Shown here piece after piece: positions 63,682 to 64,000 of a DNA stretch of 64,000 nt (the stretch's first letter is position 1; every line of letters begins with the position of its first letter). This DNA comes from an uncultured delta proteobacterium (lineage in GTDB: Bacteria; Desulfobacterota; Desulfuromonadia; Geobacterales; DSM-12255). Position numbers and translations under genes: made by a program. Below the pieces are notes generated by a model that did not search any database, was not told the origin of the DNA, and saw only the letters and a program-made list of their open reading frames with translations. The DNA lies in the NCBI GenBank assembly GCA_963787125.1, contig CAWBBV010000006.1:220725-284724 (forward strand). Direction: 5' to 3'.

Positions 63682-64000
63682 AGACAGGTCGCCTTTCCCC
63701 TTGAGAGGGGTCAGTGGCTCGGAACCAAACAGGATAATGCAGTTGATTCAGGCCCTTTAATAGAATTTTATAAGATTCAAAATCTATTGAGACATACACT
63801 GATACGTATATAATTAAAAAGTAATAAAAAACTTGTTCGACCCGTGATTGTCAGTCCAGGGCAAGGGAAGGTCTCATGAAGAGAGTCTGTGCGCGGTGCA
63901 ACAAGCTGATGAGTCCGGTGAACACTGGCGATAAGGCGCTCGAGTTGGGCCAACCACAGCATAGCATATGTACTGGTACCAAGTGTGTGAACAGTAAAAG

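Noticed and set aside
63777..64000. Short ORF at the window edge, possibly a transposase tail
   Set aside because: No recognisable motif and truncated by the window boundary.

Overview
Bacterial chromosomal window, most likely Geobacteraceae/Desulfuromonadia (inferred from the gap-pgk-tpiA-secG-tRNA-Leu order and a Geobacter PilA-like sequence). The housekeeping blocks are gap/pgk/tpiA/secG, purB/mscS/purL/tupBC/tag, fba/tsaA and mnmH/MFS/moeA. Four accessory regions lie between them. (1) A defence-type island at the 3' end of tRNA-Leu(GAG). (2) Two DUF1566 surface-protein genes whose four C-terminal cassettes carry a DGR-like adenine-mutagenesis codon signature; no RT or template repeat is visible in the window. 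(3) A type I R-M locus with a HEPN gene and an MNT-HsdS fusion. Its hsdR is split by a 19.6-kb Mu-like element (22368-41971) with TG...CA ends, matching 21-bp end motifs and a 7-bp target duplication. The element encodes repressor/Ner/MuA/MuB/GemA/Mor and a tape measure, but no recognisable head, portal, terminase or lysis genes. It also contains a complete type II hammerhead ribozyme and two nested IS elements. (4) An AT-rich operon of zinc-ribbon membrane proteins (TM2, PLDc_N, a non-cleavable PilA-like domain, a di-heme domain) behind a secreted TPR-Ppx/GppA-fold protein. Several single-base frameshifts (pgk, hsdR, hsdS, moeA) suggest residual sequencing or assembly errors. All protein family assignments are from motif recognition by eye, not database searches.
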